Assembly (NCBI GenBank): GCA_029260415.1
Contig: JAJDDH010000166.1
Span: 1 to 26,893, forward strand
Reading direction: 5' to 3'
Origin: Phycisphaerales bacterium
GTDB lineage: Bacteria; Planctomycetota; Phycisphaerae; Phycisphaerales; UBA1924
DNA: 26,893 bases
The first letter of the stretch is position 1. Each line of letters starts with the position of its first letter. Of this stretch, positions 15,896 to 24,562 are shown piece after piece. Below the pieces are notes generated by a model. The model worked only from the letters and a program-made list of their open reading frames with translations, made no database searches and was not told where the DNA came from. The position numbers and the translations under genes were made by a program.

Positions 15896-16957
15896 TCAGC
15901 GCGCGATCCGCATGATCTGAACCCGGTCCGTCGCCCGCCCGGGCCCGACCATCCCGCCCACCACCATCCATCGCCCGTCCCCGATCGGGACCAGCCCCCG
16001 GTGGTCCATGCTCGCCGTCACGCCCACGGGCAGCGCTCCAACGCGAACCCCGCCCGATCCGGCGTCAACCACCAGCAGCTGCTCCAGCGGCGCGCACGCC
16101 TCCCCGTTGTACCCCGTCCCGCTGATGTTGTACGCCGTGTCGCTCCCGCCCAGCGCGAGGATGGCGCCGTCGTTGGCGCCCGTTGTCGAGCACGCCGCCC
16201 GGTAGGTCGCACGCCCCTCGTGCGCGTCGCGTTGTTCCCATACGATCCGGGTCGGGTCCGCCGGGTTGATCCTGCCAACCTGGACCGCCGAGGACATCTC
16301 GAACCCGTCCTTGCCCCGCGCGACCCCGTCCATGACGACGATCGTCTCGCCCGAGACCCCGCCGCTGTGCCCGAAGAGCGGTCGCCCGGGCAGGGGCGTC
16401 GCGCTCGCCCACACATCGCGCCGCGTGTCGTACAGCTGCACGTCACTGACGTTGTCGTTGCTGGGCCCGTGCCACCCGCTGATCAGCACGATGTACCGGT
16501 CGGCGTACACACCCGCGAGCGTGTCATCGACCTCGACGGGAACGCTCGCCAGCTCGGCATACGCGTCCGCGTCCGGGTCGTACCGAAGCAGCCGCTTCTC
16601 CGTCACCTCGTGCCCGTCGTCGAGCACGCTGTACCCGCCGAGGAGGTAGACCCTTCCCGCGACCGTCACGGCGCTGGCCCCGATCCGCGCCCGCCCGCCG
16701 TCCAGCGGGGCGTCGCCGATGCGTATCCAGGCGCGCGTCCCCGAGTCCAGGCGGAACGACGCGGGGGTGATCGTCTGCGGGTCGGTCGGGTCCGTGATGC
16801 CCATGAAGCAGTACACGCTCCAGGCGCCGTCGGGGTGGATGACCGACGTCACGGCGTTGTTGGTAATGGGTATGGGCAGGTCGGGCGCGTGCGCCGCGCA
16901 CCCCGCCTGGAAGGCGAGCACGAGGCTGAGCACCGCAAAAAGGGCGGGTCGGAGCAT
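15896..16957 (-). CDS. Kelch-repeat (beta-propeller) exported protein, possible lipoprotein
   Basis: Kelch-like units (RIGASAVTVAGRVYLLGGY, YIVLISGW...VQLYDTRRDVW, LFGHSGG, ILALGG, WMVVGG); signal peptide ending in QAGC (imperfect lipobox). Confidence 0.75.
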   Translation of the reverse strand: MLRPALFAVLSLVLAFQAGCAAHAPDLPIPITNNAVTSVIHPDGAWSVYCFMGITDPTDPQTITPASFRLDSGTRAWIRIGDAPLDGGRARIGASAVTVAGRVYLLGGYSVLDDGHEVTEKRLLRYDPDADAYAELASVPVEVDDTLAGVYADRYIVLISGWHGPSNDNVSDVQLYDTRRDVWASATPLPGRPLFGHSGGVSGETIVVMDGVARGKDGFEMSSAVQVGRINPADPTRIVWEQRDAHEGRATYRAACSTTGANDGAILALGGSDTAYNISGTGYNGEACAPLEQLLVVDAGSGGVRVGALPVGVTASMDHRGLVPIGDGRWMVVGGMVGPGRATDRVQIMRIAR

Positions 16958-16963
16958 CGACCC

Positions 16964-16969
16964 AGACTA
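16964..16969 (-). promoter_or_regulatory. Putative -10 element of a leaderless transcript (Kelch gene)
   Basis: TAGTCT-6 nt-ATG(16957); no SD. Confidence 0.5.
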
Positions 16970-17001
16970 CCCGAGCCGGGGCGTGGGTCCACGCGGGCCT
17001 C

Positions 17002-17007
17002 TATCCT
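17002..17007 (+). promoter_or_regulatory. Putative -10 element of a leaderless transcript (MarC gene)
   Basis: TATCCT-8 nt-GTG(17016); no SD. Confidence 0.35.
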
Positions 17008-17015
17008 TATCTCGC

Positions 17016-17642
17016 GTGGACAAGCTCATCGGACAGCTCATCTTCTTCTTCACCGTCATCGACCCGATCGGCACGGTCCCCGTCTTCATCGCCGCGACCG
17101 CAGGCGTCCCCGAGCCCACCCGCCGCCTCGTGGCCATCCGAGCGGCGCTGATTTCCGCGGGCGTGCTGCTCGCCTGCATGGTCGTGGGCCAGCTCGTCTT
17201 CGAGCAGCTGGACATCGACTTCGCCGCCTTCCGCGTCGCGGGCGGGATCATCCTCTTCCTCTTCGCCCTGGACATGATCTTCGGGCAGAGCAAGCCCGAG
17301 CACGAGGTCGAAGAGGCGGAGAAGCACCTCAACGACAGCCTCGACGCGGCGGTCTACCCGCTGGCCATCCCCTCCATCGCCGGCCCCGGCGCGATCATGG
17401 CCGTCATCCTCCAGACCGACAACGACAAGTACTCGCTCACCCAGCAGTCGCTCACCGCGATGGTCGTCGCCATCGTGCTCGCGCTCACGCTTGTTGCGAT
17501 GCTGCTCGCCTCCCGCATCCAGAGCCTCATCGGCGAGGTCGGCGCCAGCATCGTCAGCCGCGTCATGGGCCTGCTCTTCGCCGCCCTCGCCGCCGAGAGT
17601 GTGCTCTCGGGCATCCGCGAGTACTACTCGATCGGCGCCTGA
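17016..17642 (+). CDS. MarC family integral membrane protein (208 aa)
   Basis: Motifs FTVIDPIGTVPVF, FAAFRVAGGIILF, AVYPLAIPSIAGPGAI and SRVMGLLFAALA; about 6 TM segments. GTG start at 17016 inferred. Confidence 0.9.
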   Translation: MDKLIGQLIFFFTVIDPIGTVPVFIAATAGVPEPTRRLVAIRAALISAGVLLACMVVGQLVFEQLDIDFAAFRVAGGIILFLFALDMIFGQSKPEHEVEEAEKHLNDSLDAAVYPLAIPSIAGPGAIMAVILQTDNDKYSLTQQSLTAMVVAIVLALTLVAMLLASRIQSLIGEVGASIVSRVMGLLFAALAAESVLSGIREYYSIGA

Positions 17643-17649
17643 CCCGCGT

Positions 17650-18360
17650 TCAGGCGCGGGCCCGAACCTCGGGCATCGCCAGTGCGTGCTCGGCGCTGAA
17701 CCCGTCCCAGCGAGAATCGGTCGAGATCGCCAGCTCAAGCTGTGCCAGGTAGTCTTCCCTCGGGATCTCGACACACCCCAGCCGTTCCAGGTGATCGTTC
17801 TGGAACTGCGTGTCCAGCAGCGTGAACCCGCGGGCGCGCAGGTGGGCGACCAGGTGAACCAGGCACACCTTGCTCGCGTCCGTCCCGCCCAGCCCCGGGC
17901 GTGAGAACATGCTCTCGCCCGCGAACAGCCCGCCCAGGTGCACGCCGTACAGGCCGCCCACGAGCGTGCGCGGCCCGTCGTTCTCGCGCGTCCACGCCTC
18001 GACCGAGTGCGCGTGCCCGCGCGCCCGCAGCGCGCTGTACGCCGCAACGATGCGCTCGTCGATCCACGTCTCGCCCCCGTCGCGCCCCGGGCGCGCCGCC
18101 GCGCAGGCTCGGATCACGCGCCCGAACGCCTCGTCGCTCGTGATCTCGAAGCACCCGGACCGCACCCGCTGCCGCAGCGAGCGCGAGACCCGCAGCCCGC
18201 CGGGCGCCAGCGGGATCACGCCCCGGGGGTCCGGGTCAAACCAGTGGATGTCGCCCCCGGGCTCCCCCATCGGGAACAGCCCCTGGGCATAGGCCCCCAG
18301 CAGGGTGTCGCAGGCCTCGTCCATCGGATCGGGGGCGGGGGGTGTCGGCTCGGGGGGCAT
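17650..18360 (-). CDS. aat: Leucyl/phenylalanyl-tRNA--protein transferase
   Basis: Motifs LLGAYAQGLFPM, WFDPDPRGVI, SRSLRQ, TWIDERI, AHSVEAW, LVGGLYGV, FAGESMFS, DASKVCL and LLDTQF..HLERLG. Start ATG 18360 (alternative ATG 18324). Confidence 0.95.
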   Translation of the reverse strand: MPPEPTPPAPDPMDEACDTLLGAYAQGLFPMGEPGGDIHWFDPDPRGVIPLAPGGLRVSRSLRQRVRSGCFEITSDEAFGRVIRACAAARPGRDGGETWIDERIVAAYSALRARGHAHSVEAWTRENDGPRTLVGGLYGVHLGGLFAGESMFSRPGLGGTDASKVCLVHLVAHLRARGFTLLDTQFQNDHLERLGCVEIPREDYLAQLELAISTDSRWDGFSAEHALAMPEVRARA

Positions 18361-18366
18361 TGTGCT

Positions 18367-18372
18367 AAAATA
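18367..18372 (-). promoter_or_regulatory. Putative -10 element of a leaderless aat transcript
   Basis: TATTTT-6 nt-ATG(18360); no SD. Confidence 0.5.
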
Positions 18373-18475
18373 GCCCATCGCAGGCATTTGAGGCGACATG
18401 CGGATGGACTGAAATCCGCCCGCAGAGATTCCCAACGATGGTGTGCCGCACCGCGGCGCCCTGGGAGGACACGAC

Positions 18476-18706
18476 ATGGAAACCCTGATCCACGATCTCA
18501 TCGCCGACGAAGACCGTCTGATCCTCGTGGTGGGGGGCGCCATCGCGATCATCTGGATCGTGGTCGGCACCGTCGGGAAGGTGTTCACCAATGTCAGCCG
18601 CGAGCGCACAAAGCGTGAGATCGCGGCGTACATTGCCGAGGGTTCGATCTCGCCCGAGCAGGGTGAGCGACTCGTCAAGGCCGACCGCCCGCGCGGCTGC
18701 TGCTAG
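18476..18706 (+). CDS. Small single-TM protein with SHOCT-like C-terminal motif, paralogue A (76 aa)
   Basis: GGAGGA SD before ATG 18476; one hydrophobic helix, then KREIAAYIAEGSISPEQGERLVKA; ends RGCC. Confidence 0.8.
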   Translation: METLIHDLIADEDRLILVVGGAIAIIWIVVGTVGKVFTNVSRERTKREIAAYIAEGSISPEQGERLVKADRPRGCC

Positions 18707-18718
18707 TGGGGATATCCA

Positions 18719-18931
18719 TTGAACGACATTGACCGTGACACCCTGGCGCTGTTCATCCCGATCCTCGCCGTGGGCGGGGGGCTCCTCCTGGGCGCCCTCG
18801 CGATCTTCATGGGCCTGCTCCGGAAGATCAGCAAAGAGAAGCAGATGGAAGAGTCGCGCCGAGAGATCGCCGCCTACGTCGCCGAGGGCTCGATGACGCC
18901 CGACGACGCCGAGCGCATCCTCAAGGCCTAG
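18719..18931 (+). CDS. Small single-TM protein with SHOCT-like C-terminal motif, paralogue B (70 aa)
   Basis: TTG start with a GGGGA SD, 12 nt after gene A; one hydrophobic helix, then RREIAAYVAEGSMTPDDAERILKA. Confidence 0.8.
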   Translation: MNDIDRDTLALFIPILAVGGGLLLGALAIFMGLLRKISKEKQMEESRREIAAYVAEGSMTPDDAERILKA

Positions 18932-18945
18932 TCCCGAAGGACTAG
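18928..18945. terminator. Perfect hairpin at a convergent gene junction (possible weak or bidirectional terminator)
   Basis: CTAGTCC-CGAA-GGACTAG; on the minus strand the loop is the stable cUUCGg tetraloop. No clear U-tract. Confidence 0.4.
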
Positions 18946-18948
18946 TCC

Positions 18949-21045
18949 TTAAGGTGCCGTTCCCAGACTCATCAGCCACACCCGCAGCGTCTCGGCGACG
19001 CTCCACGCCTGCGCCGGGCACCCGTCCGGCTCGCGCGGCGCGTCGGGCGCATCGTCCCCATCAAAGATCTCCGGCAGCTGACCGGGCGACCAGCCCGCGT
19101 CCAGCCACGCGATCAGCGGGCGCAGCGCGTCGCCCGCTTCCGCCCTTGACGCCCCGCTGAACCCGTCCACCCGCATCACCGCCTCGGCGTACGGGCCCAG
19201 CAGCCAGGGCCAGACCGTCCCGTTGTGGTACGCCGCGTCGCGCGCCATCAGGTCGCCCTCGTAGCGCCCCCGGTACTCGGGGTCGTCCGGGTCGAGCGTG
19301 CGCAGGCCCACAGGCGTGAGCAAGCGCTCACGAACGACCCGAACCACGTCGCGACGCTGGGTCGCGCTCAGCGGCGAGTGCGGCAGGCTGGCCGCAAAAA
19401 TCTGGTTCGAGCGCACGCTCTCGTCGGGCGCCCACCCGCCCGCCTGCCCGGGCGTGAGATGATCGACCAGCCCGGATCTAATGCGCACAAACATCGCGTT
19501 GAACGACTCGCCCGCACGCGCCGAGAGCGCCAGAAGTCGATCGCTCGCGGCGCTGTCCGATTCACGCAGCGCCTCGCCCAGCGACACCAGCGCGTTGTAC
19601 CACAGCGCGTTGATCTCCACGGCTTTCCCGTGCCTGGGTGTGAACGTGATCCCGCCCCGCTGCGCGTCCATCCACGTCAGCTGCGTCGTCTCGTTGCCCG
19701 CCGCGATCAGCCCGTCGCCCGGGTCCATCCCGATCTCGTAGTCCGTGCCCCGCTTGTAGGACGCGATCACGTCCAGGCACGCGGGGACCAGCCCGTCAAA
19801 GCCCGCCCGGTCGCCCGACGTCCGCAGGTACTCGCAGCACGCGTGCACAAACCAGAGCGACGCGTCCACCGTGTTGTAGTGGTTGTCGCCCGCGTAATCG
19901 TCGAAGCGGTTGGGGATCAGCCCGTTGCGCCGCGCGCCCGCGAACGTCCGCAGCACGCCCAGTGCCTCGTCGAACCGGTCGGTGACCAGCAGCAGCCCGG
20001 GCAGCGAGATCATCGCGTCGCGCCCCCAGTCGCTGAACCACGGGTACCCCGCGATCACGCTCACGCCCTCGCCCGCGCCGCCGCGCTGCACGACGAACTG
20101 ATCGCCCGCGACGACCAGACGCGCGAGCGTGCGTCGATCGCCCTTGCCCAAGTTCTCCGGCGCCCTGGCGCTGGCCGCCCGCACCAGCGCCGCCAGCCGC
20201 TCCGCCTGCGCCACGCGGTCCGCATCGATGGTGGGCAGCTCCAGCGCGTCGTTCGACGCCCAGAGCGTGATCGTCCGCCCCGCCCGCCCGTCGCCCGCCG
20301 CGTGGGCGATGCCCGGGCAGTACAGGTCCTCCCGGTCCTCCAGCCCTCGCTTGCGCTCCCAGGCGTACAGCACGTCCCGCCAGCGCTCGGGCCCGTGCGC
20401 AAACCGCGCGCCCTCACCCCAGAGCTGGACGCCCCGCTCGCCAGCGTGCGCCACAACCCGCCCGTCGCTGACGCGCGACCGGAACCGCCCGTCGAACGCG
20501 CTCGGGTCGATGACCTGGTGGAAGCCGCGCAGCGCCAGCAGCGGGCGCAGCTCGACGCGCCACGCGACGCCCTCGCCCCCGATCGTGTACCGGATCGCGC
20601 ACGCGTTGCGTCGCTCGAACAGGTGCAGCGACTTGGTGATGTCCACGCTCCGCCCGTCCGCGAGATCCACACGGTACGTCCACGCGCAGCCCGCGCCCAC
20701 CTCGAAGCCCACGAGCTCGGGCAGGTCCTCGGACCGGTCCCCGCCGGTCGTGAAGTGCAAGGGGGTCAGGCAGACGCGCCGCTCGCTGGGGCCGCCCTCG
20801 TTGAGAATCAACGTCTCGTGGACCTGCGTGAGCCCGACCGCCCGCTCGACCGGCGGGCGCTCGGCGCTGACGAGCAGCCCGTGGTACCGCCTCGTGGGCG
20901 TGCCCAGCACGCTGCCCATCGCGTACCCGCCCAGGGCGTTGGTCAGCGTCCACTCCTTCCAGAGCGGCGGGGGGGCACAGCGCAGCTGAGCGCCCGAGAG
21001 TGTCAGGGGCGCGAGGGTCTCGTTTGATCGGGCGACGGCGTCCAT
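18949..21045 (-). CDS. Amylo-alpha-1,6-glucosidase (glycogen debranching enzyme, GDE N-terminal plus catalytic domain)
   Basis: Motifs EWTLTNALGGYAMG, TRRYHGLL, IAGYPWFSDWGRDAMISLPGL, LTWMDA, TPRHGKAVEINALWYNAL, YHNGTVWPWLLG and EIFDGD...GCPAQAWSVAE. Confidence 0.93.
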   Translation of the reverse strand: MDAVARSNETLAPLTLSGAQLRCAPPPLWKEWTLTNALGGYAMGSVLGTPTRRYHGLLVSAERPPVERAVGLTQVHETLILNEGGPSERRVCLTPLHFTTGGDRSEDLPELVGFEVGAGCAWTYRVDLADGRSVDITKSLHLFERRNACAIRYTIGGEGVAWRVELRPLLALRGFHQVIDPSAFDGRFRSRVSDGRVVAHAGERGVQLWGEGARFAHGPERWRDVLYAWERKRGLEDREDLYCPGIAHAAGDGRAGRTITLWASNDALELPTIDADRVAQAERLAALVRAASARAPENLGKGDRRTLARLVVAGDQFVVQRGGAGEGVSVIAGYPWFSDWGRDAMISLPGLLLVTDRFDEALGVLRTFAGARRNGLIPNRFDDYAGDNHYNTVDASLWFVHACCEYLRTSGDRAGFDGLVPACLDVIASYKRGTDYEIGMDPGDGLIAAGNETTQLTWMDAQRGGITFTPRHGKAVEINALWYNALVSLGEALRESDSAASDRLLALSARAGESFNAMFVRIRSGLVDHLTPGQAGGWAPDESVRSNQIFAASLPHSPLSATQRRDVVRVVRERLLTPVGLRTLDPDDPEYRGRYEGDLMARDAAYHNGTVWPWLLGPYAEAVMRVDGFSGASRAEAGDALRPLIAWLDAGWSPGQLPEIFDGDDAPDAPREPDGCPAQAWSVAETLRVWLMSLGTAP

Positions 21046-21051
21046 GGGCCA

Positions 21052-21060
21052 AGGCTAACA
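21052..21060 (-). promoter_or_regulatory. Putative extended -10 element (TGn-TAGCCT) of a leaderless debranching-enzyme transcript
   Basis: TGT-TAGCCT-6 nt-ATG(21045); no SD. Confidence 0.55.
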
Positions 21061-21112
21061 CGCTCCGGCGCCCGCATCCTGCCCGCGTGCCGACACTTGT
21101 CGCCCGGGCGAG

Positions 21113-21141
21113 TTGACTCCCCACCGGACCCCTGCGACACT
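21113..21141 (+). promoter_or_regulatory. Putative sigma70-type promoter of guaB, positioned for a leaderless mRNA
   Basis: TTGACT-17 nt-GACACT-5 nt-ATG(21147); no SD. Confidence 0.55.
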
Positions 21142-21146
21142 CTTTC

Positions 21147-22772
21147 ATGGCGACCCTCCCAACCTCATCTGACAGCCAGGCCAACCCCGGCCCGAGTGCA
21201 GCCCAGAGCCGCGCGCCCGGGACCCGGGCGGACACCAGCGCGCCCCCCCAGCCCACCATCCCGGACCCCAAAATCGTCTCCGATGGGATCACCTTCGACG
21301 ACGTGCTGCTCATCCCCGCGCGCTCGGGCGTCATGCCCAGCGACGCGGACACCTCCACGCGCCTGACCAGTACCATCCGCATCAACATCCCGCTGATCTC
21401 CGCGCCGATGGACACCGTGACCGAGTCCGCCATCGCCATCGCCCTGGCCCAGGAGGGCGGCATCGGGATCATCCACAAAAACCTCTCCATCGACGCCCAG
21501 GCCCGAGAGGTCGCCAAGGTCAAACGCTCGGCCAACGGCGTCATCACCGACCCCGTCACCCTCGGGCCCGACGACACCGTCGCCCGCGCCCACGAGCTCA
21601 TGGCCCAGCACAACGTCTCGGGCTTCCCCATCACCGACGACGGCGCCTCCGTCCTCCGCTCCAAGGGCAGGGTCCTGGGCATCCTCACCCGGCGCGACCT
21701 CAAGTTCGTCGGCTCCGAGTCCACCCCCATCCGCGACATCATGACCGCCTCGGGCCTGATCATCGCCCCGCCCGACACCTCGCTGCAGCAGGCCGAGGAG
21801 ATCCTCAGCCGCAACAAGGTCGAGAAGCTCCTGCTCGTCGATGACGCGGGCGCCCTGGCGGGCCTGATCACCATGCGCGACATCGAGCGCGCCAGCCGCT
21901 TCCCGCGCGCGTGCACCGAGTCACGCGGGCGCCTGCGCTGCGGCGCCGCGATCGGCCCGGGGCAGTTCGACCGCCTCGAGGCCCTGCTGGCCGCGGAGGT
22001 CGATGTCATCACCGTCGACACCGCCCACGGGCACTCCGAGAACGTCATCGAGACCGTCCGCAAGATCAAGGCGAGCTACGCGATCGACGTCATCGCGGGC
22101 AACATCGCGACGGCCCAGGCCGCCCAGGACCTGATCGAGGCGGGCGCCGACGCGGTCAAGGTCGGCATCGGGCCCGGCTCGATCTGCACGACCCGCGTCG
22201 TCACGGGCGTGGGCATGCCGCAGATCACCGCCATCATGAACGCGGTCGAGGGCGTGCGCCGCTCGGGTCGCGACGTGCCCGTGATCGCCGACGGCGGGGT
22301 CCGCCTCTCGGGCGACATCGCCAAGGCCCTGGCCGCGGGCGCCGACTCGGTGATGATGGGCTCGCTGTTCGCCGGGCTCGACGAGTCCCCGGGCGAGATG
22401 GTCATCTCGGGCGGGCGGCGTTTCAAGGCCTATCGCGGCATGGGCTCCGAGGGCGCGATGAACGCGGGCAGCGCCGACCGCTACCGCCAGGCGGACAAGC
22501 TGGGCTCCGACGGCAAGGCCGTCGTGAAGTTCGTTCCCGAGGGCGTCGAGGGGCTGGTGCCCTACCGGGGCTCGCTCGCGGAGTTCGCCTACCAGCTCGT
22601 CGGGGGCCTGCGGGCCGCGATGGGCTACTGCGGCTGCCCGACCATCGACCGCTTCCGCGCCGAAGCCCGCTTCACCCGCGTCAGCGGCGCCACGATGGTC
22701 GAGAACCACCCCCACGACATCCGCATCACCAAGGAATCGCCCAACTACACTTGGGAGCACCCGGGCGACTGA
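21147..22772 (+). CDS. guaB: Inosine-5'-monophosphate dehydrogenase with tandem CBS subdomain
   Basis: Motifs [37 protein letters not shown], catalytic [31 protein letters not shown] and [12 protein letters not shown]. Confidence 0.97.
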   Translation: MATLPTSSDSQANPGPSAAQSRAPGTRADTSAPPQPTIPDPKIVSDGITFDDVLLIPARSGVMPSDADTSTRLTSTIRINIPLISAPMDTVTESAIAIALAQEGGIGIIHKNLSIDAQAREVAKVKRSANGVITDPVTLGPDDTVARAHELMAQHNVSGFPITDDGASVLRSKGRVLGILTRRDLKFVGSESTPIRDIMTASGLIIAPPDTSLQQAEEILSRNKVEKLLLVDDAGALAGLITMRDIERASRFPRACTESRGRLRCGAAIGPGQFDRLEALLAAEVDVITVDTAHGHSENVIETVRKIKASYAIDVIAGNIATAQAAQDLIEAGADAVKVGIGPGSICTTRVVTGVGMPQITAIMNAVEGVRRSGRDVPVIADGGVRLSGDIAKALAAGADSVMMGSLFAGLDESPGEMVISGGRRFKAYRGMGSEGAMNAGSADRYRQADKLGSDGKAVVKFVPEGVEGLVPYRGSLAEFAYQLVGGLRAAMGYCGCPTIDRFRAEARFTRVSGATMVENHPHDIRITKESPNYTWEHPGD

Positions 22773-22793
22773 TCGCCCGCAGCGGAGAGACGG

Positions 22794-23660
22794 ATGCTGG
22801 GTCTGCGAAAGAAGAAAGCCGCCGCGAGCGTGCCCTGTGAGGCGCCCGCGCCTGCGGTCCTGGACGCCCGGGGCAACGAGCTGCTCCGCCTGCCCGAGCC
22901 CGGCGCGGCGATGCTGCCCAGCTCGCTCGCGTTCTCGCTCTACAAAGCGGGCAGCACGCTCCTGAGCAAGGTGCTCGAGGACCTCGCCCCCCACGCGGGC
23001 GTGCGGGCGTACAACCTGGAGAAGGAGCTCTTCCGCCTGGGCATCGAGCACCGCGACCTGCCCAAGAGCGTCGCGGGGGTATTCCGGGAGCGCGGGTACT
23101 GCTACACCGTCTTCCGGTCGATGCCCTTTGCCTACGAGATCCCGATCTTCGAGAACGCGCCCAAGCTCCTGCTCGTGCGAGACCCGAGGGACATCCTCGT
23201 CTCGCACTACTTCTCGATGGGCAAGACCCACCCCACGCCGGGCGACGCGGTAAGCCAGAAGAAGCGCGAGCGCTTCGATCGCGAGCGCCAGATCGTGCAG
23301 ACGACCACGGTCGACGAGCACGCGCTGCGCAAGGCGGAGCTGTTCCGCCGGTACTTCGCGGAGTACGACCGCCGCCTGCTCGCGCAGCCCAACCTCAGGA
23401 TCGATCGGTACGAGGACATCGTCTTCAGCAAGCCCGACTGGGTCGACGCGATCTGCGGGCACCTGGGCTGGGAGATCGAAGTCGAAACTTGCGCCAGCGT
23501 CGCGCAGAAGCACGACATCGTCCCCGAGGACGAGCAGGGCAACCGTCACATCAGGCGCGTGCGCCCGGGCGACCACGTCGAGAAGCTCCGCCCCGAGACG
23601 ATCGCGTCGCTCAACGAGACGTTCGCGCCCGTCCTTGAACGATACGGGTACGACCGATGA
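22794..23660 (+). CDS. Sulfotransferase domain protein, paralogue 1
   Basis: 5'-PSB-like YKAGST, 3'-PB-like VRDPRDILVSHY, RYEDI, and C-terminal HIRRVRPGD; GGAGAG SD. Confidence 0.8.
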   Translation: MLGLRKKKAAASVPCEAPAPAVLDARGNELLRLPEPGAAMLPSSLAFSLYKAGSTLLSKVLEDLAPHAGVRAYNLEKELFRLGIEHRDLPKSVAGVFRERGYCYTVFRSMPFAYEIPIFENAPKLLLVRDPRDILVSHYFSMGKTHPTPGDAVSQKKRERFDRERQIVQTTTVDEHALRKAELFRRYFAEYDRRLLAQPNLRIDRYEDIVFSKPDWVDAICGHLGWEIEVETCASVAQKHDIVPEDEQGNRHIRRVRPGDHVEKLRPETIASLNETFAPVLERYGYDR

Positions 23661-24490
23661 GCGGGGCGGCGCACGAGATCGGCGGGCAGGTGGAGTTGAG
23701 CGTGGACGGGTCCACGATCGCGACGCTCCCGCGCCCGAAGCACACACGCCCCAGCGTGCTCTCCTTCTCGCTGCCCAAGGCCGGCAGCGTGCTGCTCGAG
23801 AGCATCATGGCAGACCTGGCCCACCGGGCGGGGCTGGGCTACTTCAGCCTCGAGACCGTCCTCTTCGAGCGCGGCATCCCCGTTGATGACGCGCCCGCGG
23901 ACGCGTCCAGGCTCTTCTTCCCGCACGGCTACTGCTACGGGGGCTTCCGCCGCCTGCCCAGCGCCTACGACATCCCCATCCTGGGCGACGCCAGGAAAGT
24001 TCTGCTGATCCGTGATCCGCGCGACATGCTCGTCTCGCTGTACTACTCGATCACGACGTCGCACCGCCCGCCGGGCACGGGGGCGGGTCAGGAGGCGCTC
24101 GATCGCTTCGAGCGCGATCGTGCGTCGGTCAGCCGGACCCCCATCGACGTGTTCATGAAGCTGCGGTCCGAGCGGTTCAGCAAGCTCTACCTCTCCTACG
24201 ACCGGATCCTCGACGACCCGTTGCTCCGCGTGTACCGCTACGAAGACGTGCTCTACAAGAAACGCGACTGGGTGAAGAACATCTGCGACTGGTTCTCGTG
24301 GAGCGTGGGCAAGGGGGCGCGCCACGAGATCGCCGACGCCTACGACCAGATCCCCGGCAGCGAGAACCCGGGCCAGCACGTCCGGCGCGCCCACCCGGGC
24401 GATTACAAAGAAAAGCTCGACGACAAGACCATCGCCTTCCTCAACGAGCTGCTCGCCCCGATCCTGGACCGCCACGGGTACGAGCGGTAG
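23657..24490 (+). CDS. Sulfotransferase domain protein, paralogue 2
   Basis: Motifs LPKAGS, IRDPRDMLVSLYYS, RYEDV and HVRRAHPGD; ATGA 4-nt overlap with paralogue 1. Confidence 0.8.
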   Translation: MSGAAHEIGGQVELSVDGSTIATLPRPKHTRPSVLSFSLPKAGSVLLESIMADLAHRAGLGYFSLETVLFERGIPVDDAPADASRLFFPHGYCYGGFRRLPSAYDIPILGDARKVLLIRDPRDMLVSLYYSITTSHRPPGTGAGQEALDRFERDRASVSRTPIDVFMKLRSERFSKLYLSYDRILDDPLLRVYRYEDVLYKKRDWVKNICDWFSWSVGKGARHEIADAYDQIPGSENPGQHVRRAHPGDYKEKLDDKTIAFLNELLAPILDRHGYER

Positions 24491-24562
24491 AGCGGCGTCC
24501 ACACCCCCGGGCGGATTCGTGCCCCGAACCCGAATACAGTTGAGCACCTTTAGGAGGCCGCC

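Noticed and set aside
16719-18678. Upstream in-frame extensions in the ORF track for MarC (16719), aat (18678), DGC (2843), choice-of-anchor B (14926), GltS (2745) and the 14893 ORF
   Set aside because: The MarC and aat extensions overlap divergent genes and the others run into intergenic/promoter DNA. Downstream starts fit the family N-termini, and all but the DGC start have an SD or -10 signal.
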